Shown one piece after another: positions 1 to 9,595 of a stretch of DNA of 64,000 nucleotides (position 1 is its first letter; every line of letters starts with the position of its first letter). The position numbers were made by a program, and so were the translations under genes. The stretch spans positions 88,618-152,617 of the forward strand of contig JBILDU010000001.1 in NCBI GenBank assembly GCA_044352465.1. The letters run 5' to 3'. Source of the stretch: Bdellovibrionota bacterium. GTDB lineage: Bacteria; Bdellovibrionota_C; UBA2361. The notes below the pieces were generated by a model. That model saw only the letters and a list, made by a program, of their open reading frames with translations, made no database searches and was not told where the DNA came from.

Positions 1-362
1 CATAGCTGTGGGGGGTAAGAAGAAAGCGTTTAACCTCCGAATCCATCGCTAAAATATCGCAGTCGTTCGTCTTTTACGGTACCGGGACGATCATACCCCT
101 ACAGCAAACTGAACCGAGTGCCCCAACCGAAGGGGGGCTTCCCCCAAGAGTAGGTTTGGGGGGGCGGAGTAGTCGTGCAATGAAAAATTTCAGCGGTTGT
201 GTTATGATTCGGGGATGGCGAAGTGCGGGGGGATTTCAAAAATGCCTTCGCGACGCTCCATAAACAGGCAGCACAAACGCCGCTGGTGTTTGGAGCGATT
301 CATACCGAGGCCCAGGTAGGCGGTTCGGGTGACCACTGGAGCATCAACAAGAGATAATCCGT

Positions 363-1103
363 ATGCACGTTCTTTGCCTCCACGGAAATTTCGGTGCCCC
401 GGAGGATTGGGATGCTCTCACGGCTACATTGGCGCGGGGGGTTAAAGGAGCCACGTTCGAGGCGCCCAATCTATGGGCGCTTGACCCGGCTGAGCCAATT
501 GAAGAGCTTGCTCACCGCATCGTGACCGCAAAGGGGGCTGGAAGGCAGGTCTTCGTGATGGGGTATTCGCTTGGGGGCCGCTTGGCGCTGGAGCTTTTAG
601 CCCGGCGGGAAACGCCGCTCGATGGAGCGATACTCTGCTCAGTCAATCCTGGGCTTAGTGAACCCGCTGTCAGACGCGATCGACTTGCGAGCGATGCGCG
701 CTGGGCCGATAAAGTGGCGGATCTCGCGAACCCGTGGCGAAATGTTGTTACTGAGTGGAATGGACAAGCCGTCTTCGCTGGCTCAGCTCCCCGTCCCAGT
801 GTTTCCTTTGCCTCCGCCGAGCAAGAACGAAAGGTGCGGAGTGCTATCGCGCGAGGCTTTCGAGAGTGGTCGCTCGGTGCCTTGCCCTCTCGGTGGTCAA
901 CCCTTGAGAAAGTGCGATGTCCGGTACTTTGTCTTGCGGGTGAGCATGATACAAAGTTTCGGTTGCTCCTCGATACTATCGAACGTTTTCCCAACCCCCG
1001 AATCGTTTGTGGTGTTGTCCCAGGGGCGGGACATCGGGTAATACTCGACAATCCCGAGGCTTGTGCCCTCCGCGCCGCGGTTTTTTTGACGCGCCATGAA
1101 TAG
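363..1103 (+). CDS. menH: Alpha/beta hydrolase, probable SHCHC synthase MenH
   Basis: LHGNFG oxyanion motif, GYSLGGR nucleophile elbow, R-x-x-x-D-x-x-W, GEHDTKF and GAGH motifs typical of MenH; other men genes nearby. Confidence 0.8.
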   Translation: MHVLCLHGNFGAPEDWDALTATLARGVKGATFEAPNLWALDPAEPIEELAHRIVTAKGAGRQVFVMGYSLGGRLALELLARRETPLDGAILCSVNPGLSEPAVRRDRLASDARWADKVADLANPWRNVVTEWNGQAVFAGSAPRPSVSFASAEQERKVRSAIARGFREWSLGALPSRWSTLEKVRCPVLCLAGEHDTKFRLLLDTIERFPNPRIVCGVVPGAGHRVILDNPEACALRAAVFLTRHE

Positions 1104-1154
1104 AGCATGAGAAAATCTTTGCTCTTTTGATTAAAAGCGCTCTAAACATAGCCC

Positions 1155-1556
1155 ATGATACGTAAAGCATCGACCGACGATATCCCCGCCATCGTGGCGC
1201 TGGTGAGCGCCCATTTAGGCACCCTTTTGCCTCGAACATATGAGGATTACATTGAGCTGCTCCCGCTCACCTGGGTAGCGACCGACGGTGGACGAGTGGT
1301 CGGAAGTTGTGTTCTCGAGGTCTATAGCTCAAAGATCGCCGAGATTCGGTCCTTCGTTGTCGATAAGGAATATCGTAGCCAAGGATTTGGTAAGGGGCTC
1401 ATAGAGGCGGCGGTCGCGGAGGCACGAAGTCGCCATATCCACGAGATTATGGTTGTCACTTCGAGTCCTCAGTATTTTGAAAAATTAAATTTTGGAGCGT
1501 GCCTCGGGGAGAAATACGCTCTTTTTTGGAACGGCCAGAAGAAGGTCGAGTCGTGA
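1155..1556 (+). CDS. Short GNAT N-acetyltransferase, probably a stand-alone N-acetylglutamate synthase (ArgA-like)
   Basis: LLPR...AEIRSFVV..EYRSQGFGKGL motif of short ArgA-type GNATs; stop overlaps argC start (GTGA at 1553-1556). Confidence 0.7.
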   Translation: MIRKASTDDIPAIVALVSAHLGTLLPRTYEDYIELLPLTWVATDGGRVVGSCVLEVYSSKIAEIRSFVVDKEYRSQGFGKGLIEAAVAEARSRHIHEIMVVTSSPQYFEKLNFGACLGEKYALFWNGQKKVES

Positions 1557-2593
1557 AGCCGTGCGGGGTTATCATCATTGGAGGGAGCGGCTACGGAGCT
1601 GGTGAGCTCCTCCGTTTATTATCTCTCCACCCCTCGATAGAAGTGTGCGGAGTGGTTTCCCGCTCGCATGCGGGTGCCGCGGTCGATTCGGTCCATACTC
1701 ACCTCACCGGCATAACGAAACTTTCTTTTCAAAGCGATCCGCCACTTCAAGATCTGCGCCGATTCAAGAAGAGTGCGGTGATTTTAGCGATGCCGAGTGG
1801 CCAGGCAGTTGGAGCTATCGCGCAGCTCCGCCGTGCGGGATTGGCTGAGGAGGTAACGATTCTTGATCTGTCGGGGGACCTCCGTCTGAGAGATGAAGCT
1901 ACCCATTCGCGCTTTTACCCAGAGGCGCCGTTTGCGCCCGATATTCGGCGTACCTTTTGCTACGGACTTCCCGAACTCTCTGATGAGCGTCGATCGCAGA
2001 TCGCAAATCCAGGATGTCTCGCGACCGCTGCGATCCTCGCGCTCGCCCCGTTTGCTTCAGGGGCGTTCGTCGGTTCGATCGTCATCGATGCCAAGACGGG
2101 CACATCGGGGGCTGGGCGGGAGCCGCAAGCTTCGATGCACCATCCCGCCCGAGCGAGCGATTTCACCGCATACAAGGCGCTCCAGCACCGGCATGAGCCC
2201 GAGATAGTTCAGGCGTTCGGCGGCGATTTTCAGCGGCGGCATCCCCTGATGTTTGTGCCGCACCTCATCCCGGTACCGCGAGGGATCTTTGTAACGGTCT
2301 ATGGAGAGCTTTCCGAGCTGTCGACAGCTGAGGAGGTTTCGGCTCGGGTACGAGAGTTCTATCGTTCGTCCCGATTTATCCGGGTACGCCCGACACCCCC
2401 TCGGCTCGTTGATGTCGTCGGGACGAATTTCTGTGATATCGCGGTGTCGGTTCGCGGGCGTCAGATAGTGGTGATGACGGCGATAGATAACCTGGGGAAA
2501 GGTATGGCCGGCCAAGCCATTCAGAATCTCAATCGGGCATTCGATCTGCCGGAGGACCTCGGTCTGCTCGGGACGGCTCTTGGCCCGGTATAG
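1553..2593 (+). CDS. argC: N-acetyl-gamma-glutamyl-phosphate reductase
   Basis: GGSGYGAGEL, DLSGDLRL, IANPGC, SGAGR, HRHEPEI and IDNLGKGMAGQAIQNLN motifs; GTG start at 1553 chosen for overlap with the upstream stop. Confidence 0.95.
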   Translation: MKPCGVIIIGGSGYGAGELLRLLSLHPSIEVCGVVSRSHAGAAVDSVHTHLTGITKLSFQSDPPLQDLRRFKKSAVILAMPSGQAVGAIAQLRRAGLAEEVTILDLSGDLRLRDEATHSRFYPEAPFAPDIRRTFCYGLPELSDERRSQIANPGCLATAAILALAPFASGAFVGSIVIDAKTGTSGAGREPQASMHHPARASDFTAYKALQHRHEPEIVQAFGGDFQRRHPLMFVPHLIPVPRGIFVTVYGELSELSTAEEVSARVREFYRSSRFIRVRPTPPRLVDVVGTNFCDIAVSVRGRQIVVMTAIDNLGKGMAGQAIQNLNRAFDLPEDLGLLGTALGPV

Positions 2594-2615
2594 GCGCACG
2601 GTCACCGAGGGCTTC

Positions 2616-3515
2616 CTAACGGATCGTCGCCCTCTCGAGGCCAACACTAAAGAGCGGATCGACGATCTCTCCTGTCTGGAACTGCGGAGCGGACGACTGA
2701 GTTATTCGAACGGTGATATCGACCTCGGCATCTCGACCGGTCGGTAATCCGCTCACCACGAAGCTCCCACGGTTTTTGCCGAAACGAACCGCGACCCGTA
2801 TCCTCGCCGAGCTCGTTCGGACGAGTAGCGAAAACCGACCGTTCCCCCCAGAAACTACCGATCCACTTCCAGCAACCGAGAGACGGACGTTCGGTACCGG
2901 CGAGCCGATTTGATTTACCACTCTTCCTCGAATCGAGTGCTCTCGTTCCCCCGACACACCGTTCGGTGTTCCGATCGGCCGGGGGGTTGGGCCCGCCGTT
3001 GGATGTGGCGTCGGGCGTGGACCGGAGTCGTCCACCGTCACATCGGTGACGATACCGGAGACGAGATCGATCGTAATCGAAAACTCGATCGGTGTCGTTT
3101 GGTCTCCAGGAGAGAGGCCGGTGAGGGTAGCGGAACCCTCAAATCCCTCCCGCTCGATAAGCAGTCGTGCCGCGCCGTCTTCCACAACCACCTCAAGGGC
3201 GAACCTCCCCTGGTCGTCGGTAGTAGTCGAATCTCCCGTCTCAAGCTGTGTTACCGTGGCGCCGGGGACCGTTCCTCCCGATGTATCGACCACCGTTCCG
3301 ACGACGAGCGTCTTTAACTGGTCGCCGGTGCCGCGGGTGCCACCACCGCAGCCAACGAGACCACAAGTGAGGATGAAAGTCGCGAGGATCGCGGTAAGAA
3401 AACCCCAAAACTGATGCCACGACGATCGCTGGAGCGAAGAGCGAACCAGCATTCGATCAATAAAACTATCGCGGCCTTCGCCGGGCACAGTGTTCCTGAA
3501 CGTTCCTCGGTTCAA
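2616..3515 (-). CDS. Probable lipoprotein with two carboxypeptidase-regulatory-like (prealbumin-type) beta-sandwich domains and a Pro/Thr linker
   Basis: Hydrophobic segment ending LVGC-GGGTRGTG; two G-x-V-V-D/N...P-V-P-G/N-A/V-x-V...T-D-x-x-G-R-F repeats; PRPTPHPTAGPTPRP linker. Confidence 0.7.
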   Translation of the reverse strand: MNRGTFRNTVPGEGRDSFIDRMLVRSSLQRSSWHQFWGFLTAILATFILTCGLVGCGGGTRGTGDQLKTLVVGTVVDTSGGTVPGATVTQLETGDSTTTDDQGRFALEVVVEDGAARLLIEREGFEGSATLTGLSPGDQTTPIEFSITIDLVSGIVTDVTVDDSGPRPTPHPTAGPTPRPIGTPNGVSGEREHSIRGRVVNQIGSPVPNVRLSVAGSGSVVSGGNGRFSLLVRTSSARIRVAVRFGKNRGSFVVSGLPTGRDAEVDITVRITQSSAPQFQTGEIVDPLFSVGLERATIR

Positions 3516-4333
3516 TGCTCCTCCGTTTCGCTTTTCGGCGAGTGTATGGCGTTAAAGCTTGAAAATGATACTCGAGCGGTTTCGCCTTTGAAACTCGGAT
3601 CTGGATTCACGTCTTGGTCGAACTTAGCGAGCTCCGCTCGAGCACGGAGATGGAAGGCGTGACCCTCTCGCAAAAACCAGCTCTGGAGGTACTCAACCCC
3701 TTCGGGTCGAATCTTGTCGTACTCGGTGCGAAGGTGGTGTCGTGGGGGATTCGTTTCTTCGAAGACGTTCGCTTCGACGGTATCGGTTAGATCGCTCAAG
3801 TCTGCGGAGAGGATATCGGCCCCTTCGTCGATCTTCTGTGCTCCCCGTGGGATAAAGTTCTCGACGAGGAGGCGAACTCCACGGGGAGTTTGCTCAACAA
3901 ACTTCATGCGTATCATCTCAAAGAGCACCGTCGCGGGGCCGATATCGCTACTTACCGAAGCGACCAGTTTCGCAAAGTCTCCCGTCTCCGACGTGAGCGA
4001 CAAAACTTTGGGCACCCCGGGTTTCGTTGAGAAGCGACGATCCATTCGCCACTGATTGATTATCCGAAATATAAGATTCGATTGCTCACGCTTCGGTGGG
4101 GTTCCTTGCAGGAGCCGATCGATATCGCGTCGCTGTAGACCGGTGATAACGCTGAGGCGGCTGCGGGTTACCTTCGCATTCTGTTTTTGGAGCTCTTCTT
4201 CCGCTACCGACAAGAACTCCGCTTTGAAGCAATCGATAACGTCCTGCACTTTGAGAGCGTGCCGCGCGCAGAACCGCGCCGCCGGGCGAAGTAACGCCCG
4301 AAGGAGGGGACGAATGGTGCTCTCAGCGTTCAT
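3512..4333 (-). CDS. DUF6502-family protein with an HTH-like segment
   Basis: LLRP.ARF, SRLSVITGLQRRDIDRL, IINQWR.D.RF...G.P..L, F..LV.SVS.DI.P..VL.E pattern recognised as DUF6502. Confidence 0.75.
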   Translation of the reverse strand: MNAESTIRPLLRALLRPAARFCARHALKVQDVIDCFKAEFLSVAEEELQKQNAKVTRSRLSVITGLQRRDIDRLLQGTPPKREQSNLIFRIINQWRMDRRFSTKPGVPKVLSLTSETGDFAKLVASVSSDIGPATVLFEMIRMKFVEQTPRGVRLLVENFIPRGAQKIDEGADILSADLSDLTDTVEANVFEETNPPRHHLRTEYDKIRPEGVEYLQSWFLREGHAFHLRARAELAKFDQDVNPDPSFKGETARVSFSSFNAIHSPKSETEEH

Positions 4334-4349
4334 ACGTGGCTTTTACACT

Positions 4350-4390
4350 AGTATAGCATCATCCGATGTTAATTCAAATATTTGAATTAA
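4350..4390 (-). promoter_or_regulatory. Sigma70-like promoter of the DUF6502 gene overlapped by a perfect 22-bp palindrome (candidate operator)
   Basis: Minus strand TTGAAT (4377-4372), 16 nt spacer, extended -10 TGcTATACT (TATACT 4355-4350); palindrome TTAATTCAAATATTTGAATTAA at 4369-4390. Confidence 0.6.
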
Positions 4391-4518
4391 TTATTAATTA
4401 AATTGAGAAAGACGTTGCATGAAAAAAGTATGTCACATTTTGGGCAAAAAGCCCAAAACTATGGTATGGTATCTGGAGTAGAAAGAAAAACCTAAACATG
4501 AGTAGAGGAGGAATCACT

Positions 4519-4929
4519 ATGAAGTTTTATCGAACGATTGCTGCAGCCCTAGCCGTAGCGATCTTTGGGGTGAACCCCGTCCGGGCCGCCCCGCTCATCT
4601 CGGTTTCAGGAGCGGTGTGCGATACAACGCGCGAGCGCTTATACGTAACTCCCCCGGATCCCGGCGTGGATCGGTGCACGCCGTCGGACCGTCGTTCTCG
4701 GGGGGTTAAGGTAACGGCGCGGAGCGAGAAAACGGGGCGAATCCTTGCTCAAACGAGGACGAGCAAAAACGGCGCTTTCGTGCTGAAGCTCCGCCCCGGA
4801 AGGTACGTCATCTTCGTCGAGAACGGAGGGTACTCTCTGACCGTTACACTCGGAAACAAGAGGATTCGGAACATCGACTTTATAAGGAACATCGTCTTCA
4901 TCGCGGAAGATTCCGGCCGGACGTCTTGA
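4519..4929 (+). CDS. Secreted protein with a carboxypeptidase-regulatory-like/prealbumin fold
   Basis: AGAGGAGG RBS, signal peptide ending VRA-A, ..T.TSKNGAF.L.L.PG.Y motif. Confidence 0.65.
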   Translation: MKFYRTIAAALAVAIFGVNPVRAAPLISVSGAVCDTTRERLYVTPPDPGVDRCTPSDRRSRGVKVTARSEKTGRILAQTRTSKNGAFVLKLRPGRYVIFVENGGYSLTVTLGNKRIRNIDFIRNIVFIAEDSGRTS

Positions 4930-4987
4930 TGTGAAGACGCCGGATAGAGGCGGGGAGAGAGAAATGACTAAAAAACGAGAGAGGCAG

Positions 4988-5533
4988 ATGGAGATGAAAG
5001 CCGTCGGAAACAACGTGAGGCGGGTCTTGATTGCGGCGTTCGTTATACCGCTCTTTATCGCGAGCGGAGCAAGAGCGGAGCAAAAATACCTGGTTAAGGT
5101 CGGTGTCTTTGAGGACATCAGAGTGTGCCCTTTATATCTACCCAACCCGTGCGAGGCTGCACCGGTTGGCCCGATTAAGGGGGTGCGGGTAACGTTTCGA
5201 ACGAGCACCGGAAAGCTTCAAGGTCGGGTGCGCACCGCTCGAGACGGGATCGCCAGATTCCGTCTTCCAAACGGTGAGTATGTAGCCTCGATCAATCTAC
5301 CCGGATATCGGCAGAGATTCATCGTCGATAACCGTAAGCCCGAGATGGTTGTGATGTCGATCGGGAAAGCGAAGGTTAAGGACTACGGACTGATAGGGCA
5401 TCGCGGAAGAAGCTCGGTACCAATAAGCCCGGTGCCAATAAGCCCGGTGCGGGTGCAAAGTATCCCCGTTTTCGCTACCATAGATGGGTTATTGAGGCTC
5501 AATCGTGGTCGCGAAGATGGAGATTTTTATTGA
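4988..5533 (+). CDS. Secreted protein similar to the upstream gene (prealbumin-like fold)
   Basis: Signal peptide ending ARA-E, GV.VT...TG......RT.RDG.ARF.LPNG.Y motif shared with 4519-4929; start uncertain (4931-4994). Confidence 0.6.
   Translation: MEMKAVGNNVRRVLIAAFVIPLFIASGARAEQKYLVKVGVFEDIRVCPLYLPNPCEAAPVGPIKGVRVTFRTSTGKLQGRVRTARDGIARFRLPNGEYVASINLPGYRQRFIVDNRKPEMVVMSIGKAKVKDYGLIGHRGRSSVPISPVPISPVRVQSIPVFATIDGLLRLNRGREDGDFY
5420..5449 (+). repeat. In-frame 15-bp tandem duplication (PISPV x2)
   Basis: CCAATAAGCCCGGTG at 5420-5434 and 5435-5449. Confidence 0.9.
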
Positions 5534-5637
5534 TCGGTATCGACACCCGTCGCTCTTCGTTTCGCTGCCCCCGGTGGCGGAGCGGCCGCGGCGGCTGATC
5601 GGTGGTTACGGCGCCGGACGAGCGATGACCGAAAAGA

Positions 5638-6651
5638 TCACACACGGTACCTTTTAAAAAACCGAGAAGCGATCTCCGGCTTCTGGCATAGGGCTGAAGA
5701 GAAAGAGAGTAACGCGATGCCGGAAAGACCGAGCACGAGGTTGATATCAGGCGCGGGGAAAACGGCTTGTATTATAATGACCGAGAGGACGGGGAGGAGG
5801 TAGATTATCGAGGTCACCTTTTCAATCGGAATCGCTTGGCGTCTCGCTTCGGCGACAGCTCTTGTCCACACAAAATAGCCAACGCCATCCATGACGATGC
5901 CAAAGAGGATAGTGATCGCGAGCGAGAGCGGTGGGACCTCGTGAAGGGAGCCCAACTCCGGTAGTGAAAACGGGAGGAGGACGAGCATCCCGGAGATCGA
6001 GGAGAGCACCAGAAACCGAAATTGCTGGTCCGCGCTGATGGTGCTACTGAACGCTGAGTAGAACCCATACGCAGCACCGGCGGCGAGACCCAACGCGACC
6101 GCGATCCACGGTAGGTCACCGAGCGAGGTCGGTGAGACCGAGAATAGAACGAGAGCAACAGCGACCGCGCCGAGAGCCATGCCGATAAGAAGAACGGCTC
6201 GCTCAAGCCGCGTGGACGTATTCGCGGGTGGCCCATACTCCTCGCTCATCTCGGAGGGTTGGCGATCCACCGGACTACCGGTGCGCTGAGAGAAGAGGAG
6301 CGCGCTAAAGATAGCAGTAAAGAGCGGCCACGTGTAATTCAGTGCGGCGCTGAGCGCTGCGACCGGGGTATGGCGAAAGCTCCCCCCATAAAAGAGCCAG
6401 TACCACCCGTATCCGAAACTCGAGATGATTCCGATCGGGGCCAGGATCTCACGGGCTGAAACAGAGACCCAACTCCCGGTGATCAGACGCGCACCGATCT
6501 GGAAGGTAAGAAAGGTGCAGAACGTGCTGAGAAGAAAGAGCCCAGCACCGGAGTGAAACGCCATAATCTTTCCACCGACCGCTCCAAACGCCCACAGGAG
6601 CACCGTCGTCCAAGCGAGTGCGCGGGGGGAGGCTAGAAAAGTCGATAGCAT
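5638..6651 (-). CDS. DMT/EamA-family membrane transporter
   Basis: About 10 hydrophobic segments, LNYTWPLFT and IIYLLPVLS motifs of the two EamA repeats. Confidence 0.85.
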   Translation of the reverse strand: MLSTFLASPRALAWTTVLLWAFGAVGGKIMAFHSGAGLFLLSTFCTFLTFQIGARLITGSWVSVSAREILAPIGIISSFGYGWYWLFYGGSFRHTPVAALSAALNYTWPLFTAIFSALLFSQRTGSPVDRQPSEMSEEYGPPANTSTRLERAVLLIGMALGAVAVALVLFSVSPTSLGDLPWIAVALGLAAGAAYGFYSAFSSTISADQQFRFLVLSSISGMLVLLPFSLPELGSLHEVPPLSLAITILFGIVMDGVGYFVWTRAVAEARRQAIPIEKVTSIIYLLPVLSVIIIQAVFPAPDINLVLGLSGIALLSFSSALCQKPEIASRFFKRYRV

Positions 6652-6933
6652 ATACCGAGCTCAGAACGAGGGTGTTCACACGTATCTCGGCCAGACCGGG
6701 ATTGCAAGCGTACCTGAGAAGAGGGCAGATCCTTGGAGGTCATCATCGATAATCCACCGCTCAGATACATGCTCGCGGAGCGGTTTTTATCGGCTCCAGA
6801 GTAAGGCATGGCTGTATTTTTTTTTGAAATCGACGTATTTTTTGGGGAATCTCGGTACTCGTTCCGTAATTTTTTAGTAAGAAAAGTGAGTGCATACGCC
6901 GAGTGCTCCTCCCCCTCACGAAGCAGCTTCAAT

Positions 6934-8010
6934 ATGAGAAAGATATTCGACGAGCGCTTCGAAGAGGGATGTGCCAATGAAGAGGCCAGTGTACCGAGCG
7001 TTTTTCTTGGGGGACCCTCCACCGCCGCGGTGTTCGCCGGTTTTGGCGCGCTTACGGCGGTCGCTGCACCCCCACCTCAGAGCGTGGCGTTCTACGCCCC
7101 CGACTTTCAACTCTCGAGTCCCGAGCCGTGGTTCGTGCCGGAGCGATATGAGTCTATCGTCGCCACGCCCCGTGGACCGGTCGCGCCCCTTACCAGCGGA
7201 ACCTCTTTTATCCCCCTTCAGCGTAACGTGGTCGAAGGCGAGGTTGAATCGTTGCTCGCTCTTCTTCGAAGCGGTGAGCTTAGGAAGATAGTCCCCGTTT
7301 GGTTCGAGCGGAGCGAGTGGGTTCCGCACGAATCGGAGAGGGGGGCGTTGTATCGAAACGTTCTCTATCACCGTGGTGATCAGAGCCCGTACGGCTTTTT
7401 TGGAACGAACGAGGGCATGATCGGTCTAACTCCGGAGGTCCTCTTTCACGTCGATAGCGCTGGTGTGATCGGGACGATGGCGCTTGCAGGAACCCATCCG
7501 GTGCAGGGTAGGTTAACGGCGGCTGACCTGTTATCGGACGAAAAGGAACGGCGAGAGCATCGCCTCGTCGTCGAGTTTATTGAGGGAGCGCTCTGCGACC
7601 TCGGTGATGTCGCGATCGGAGAGACCATGGTGCGGGAGCTTCCGCGGCTACGCCATCTGTATACCCCGATAACGGTCTCTCCGCGTCGCCCACCTCAGTT
7701 TGAGGAGCTGGTGCGGAGACTCCATCCCACCCCAGCGCTCGGTGCGGTGCCGCGTGAGAGTGGACTACGGCGACTTTTTGAACGTGAGGGGGTCATTCCG
7801 CGAGGTCGTCACGGAGCCCCCTTCGGAGTGGTGTTCCCGAGCGGTGAGATGTTGTGTGTCGTGGCGATTCGAAATCTTCAATGGGATCAAAGCGGTTCGA
7901 TGATCGGCGCAGGGTGTGGTATCGTCGCGGGGTCCGACCCAGCGCGAGAGTTTAAAGAGGCTACCGCCAAGATCTCCTCTGTCCGGACGATATTAGGGCT
8001 TAAAGGGTGA
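6934..8010 (+). CDS. menF: Isochorismate synthase (chorismate-binding enzyme)
   Basis: GLTPEVL, TMALAGT, KERREHRLVV, LRHLYT, LHPTPALG, AGCGIVAGS motifs; coupled to menD; start uncertain (ORF opens at 6808). Confidence 0.88.
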   Translation: MRKIFDERFEEGCANEEASVPSVFLGGPSTAAVFAGFGALTAVAAPPPQSVAFYAPDFQLSSPEPWFVPERYESIVATPRGPVAPLTSGTSFIPLQRNVVEGEVESLLALLRSGELRKIVPVWFERSEWVPHESERGALYRNVLYHRGDQSPYGFFGTNEGMIGLTPEVLFHVDSAGVIGTMALAGTHPVQGRLTAADLLSDEKERREHRLVVEFIEGALCDLGDVAIGETMVRELPRLRHLYTPITVSPRRPPQFEELVRRLHPTPALGAVPRESGLRRLFEREGVIPRGRHGAPFGVVFPSGEMLCVVAIRNLQWDQSGSMIGAGCGIVAGSDPAREFKEATAKISSVRTILGLKG

Positions 8011-9575
8011 AAAATCGGAGTCTGGCTACTGCAGCGCTGAATCTCCTCGCGAAGCTCGGGGTGATGGAGGTGTGTGTCTGTGCGGGGCGACGGGATGCCC
8101 CCCTCATCCAAATTCTCGAAAAGCAGCGGGGCTTCCGGGTACATTCGTTTTTTGAGGAGCGGAGCGCCGCTTTCTTTGCGCTTGGTTGCGCGAAGAGAAC
8201 CGGGCGTCCGGGGGCGATCGTGACCACCTCGGGGACGGCGGTGGCGGAGCTTCTCCCAGCATTCATCGAGGCGCATTATAGCGGCTACTCACTCATCGCC
8301 GTGACGGCCGATCGTCCCCGGAGGCTCCGTGGCACCGGCGCGCCGCAAACGATCGATCAGGTGGGGATCTTTGGCTCGTACGTCGCGCAATGTATCGATC
8401 GTGAGGTGGGAGAAGAACTCCCCCACGATATCCTCCTCGACCGAGGGTCGCTTCACCTTAACCTTGCATTCGATGAGCCTCTGAACGAAGGGGAGCCACC
8501 AACACTTGATTTCGACGTTGCTGCCGGAGAGTCGCCTCGCTCGCTCGAAACCACTGTGTTGACGGAAAAGCTTACCCGGTTCCTCGCAGGGGGTACCTCG
8601 CCCCTTGTCGTGGTAGGTCCGGTGAAAGCGACTGCGCGGGAAGGGGTGGAGCGGTTCGTTCGTGCGCTCAAAGCGCCGACCCTTGTGGAGGGAGCATCGG
8701 GGCTCCGGGGGGCGCCGTCTCTTCAAGATATAGAACTCGTCGGTGGAAACAACTTCCTCCAAAAACTTCTTTCCGCAGGCACGTTCGACCGAATAGTTCG
8801 GGTTGGTGGGGTGCCGTCAGCGCGGGTATGGCGCGACCTCGACGAGAAATTTTCCTCTCTCCCGGTGCTGCACATCACCGACACCGTGTTCCCGGGGCTT
8901 GGCCGGGGAGATGTGGTGACGGTCGCGCTCGAAGGATTACCGGCACGACACATGCCGGAGTGGGGAGCGACGAGTGCGAACGTATCTGTACATGACCGTA
9001 GGGCAGGTGCGGCGTTAGTCGAGTGTATCGAAAGCGAGCCTACCTCGGAGGTAGCGCTCGTGCGGGCGCTCTCGGAGCGGATTGCTGCGGAAGCCGCGGT
9101 GTATCTCGGTAACAGCCTACCGATTCGGGAATGGGATCTCGGTGCGGTACGGGAGAAGATGTGGCGCGCTGTCGAGGCGAATCGGGGTGCAAACGGAATC
9201 GATGGTCAGCTCTCGACCTTTTTCGGGTGGAGCCTCGAAGCGACGGAGCGTTGGTGTATCCTCGGCGACCTGACAACTCTATATGATCTCAGTGCGCCGT
9301 CGTGTGCGCCCGAGAGCGGTAAGATCCGGATCGTCATCGTCAATAACGGGGGGGGCCAGATCTTTCGGCGAATGTTTTCTGAGAAGCTCTTTAGAAACGA
9401 ACACTCCGTTTCGTTTGAAGGGTGGGCCTCGATGTGGGGCTTTGCATACCTCCGGGTTGATGGGGCTCCGGTCCCCGCAGATCTCCCCGATCGCGTTGTC
9501 ATCGAAATTCGCCCCGACCAAGCGGCGAGCGATCGGATGTGGGCGCGATACGATTCGCTCTCGATGACTCGCTAG
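8007..9575 (+). CDS. menD: SEPHCHC synthase (ThDP-dependent)
   Basis: EERSAAFFALG, TTSGTAVAE, TADRP, NRGANGIDG, GDL..LYD, NNGGGQIF. Confidence 0.96.
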   Translation: MKNRSLATAALNLLAKLGVMEVCVCAGRRDAPLIQILEKQRGFRVHSFFEERSAAFFALGCAKRTGRPGAIVTTSGTAVAELLPAFIEAHYSGYSLIAVTADRPRRLRGTGAPQTIDQVGIFGSYVAQCIDREVGEELPHDILLDRGSLHLNLAFDEPLNEGEPPTLDFDVAAGESPRSLETTVLTEKLTRFLAGGTSPLVVVGPVKATAREGVERFVRALKAPTLVEGASGLRGAPSLQDIELVGGNNFLQKLLSAGTFDRIVRVGGVPSARVWRDLDEKFSSLPVLHITDTVFPGLGRGDVVTVALEGLPARHMPEWGATSANVSVHDRRAGAALVECIESEPTSEVALVRALSERIAAEAAVYLGNSLPIREWDLGAVREKMWRAVEANRGANGIDGQLSTFFGWSLEATERWCILGDLTTLYDLSAPSCAPESGKIRIVIVNNGGGQIFRRMFSEKLFRNEHSVSFEGWASMWGFAYLRVDGAPVPADLPDRVVIEIRPDQAASDRMWARYDSLSMTR

Positions 9576-9595
9576 ACCGATGATTCCATCCTTTT

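Noticed and set aside
1..360. G/C-run hairpins at the window start as a possible ncRNA
   Set aside because: No tRNA or riboswitch consensus; probably ordinary intergenic sequence
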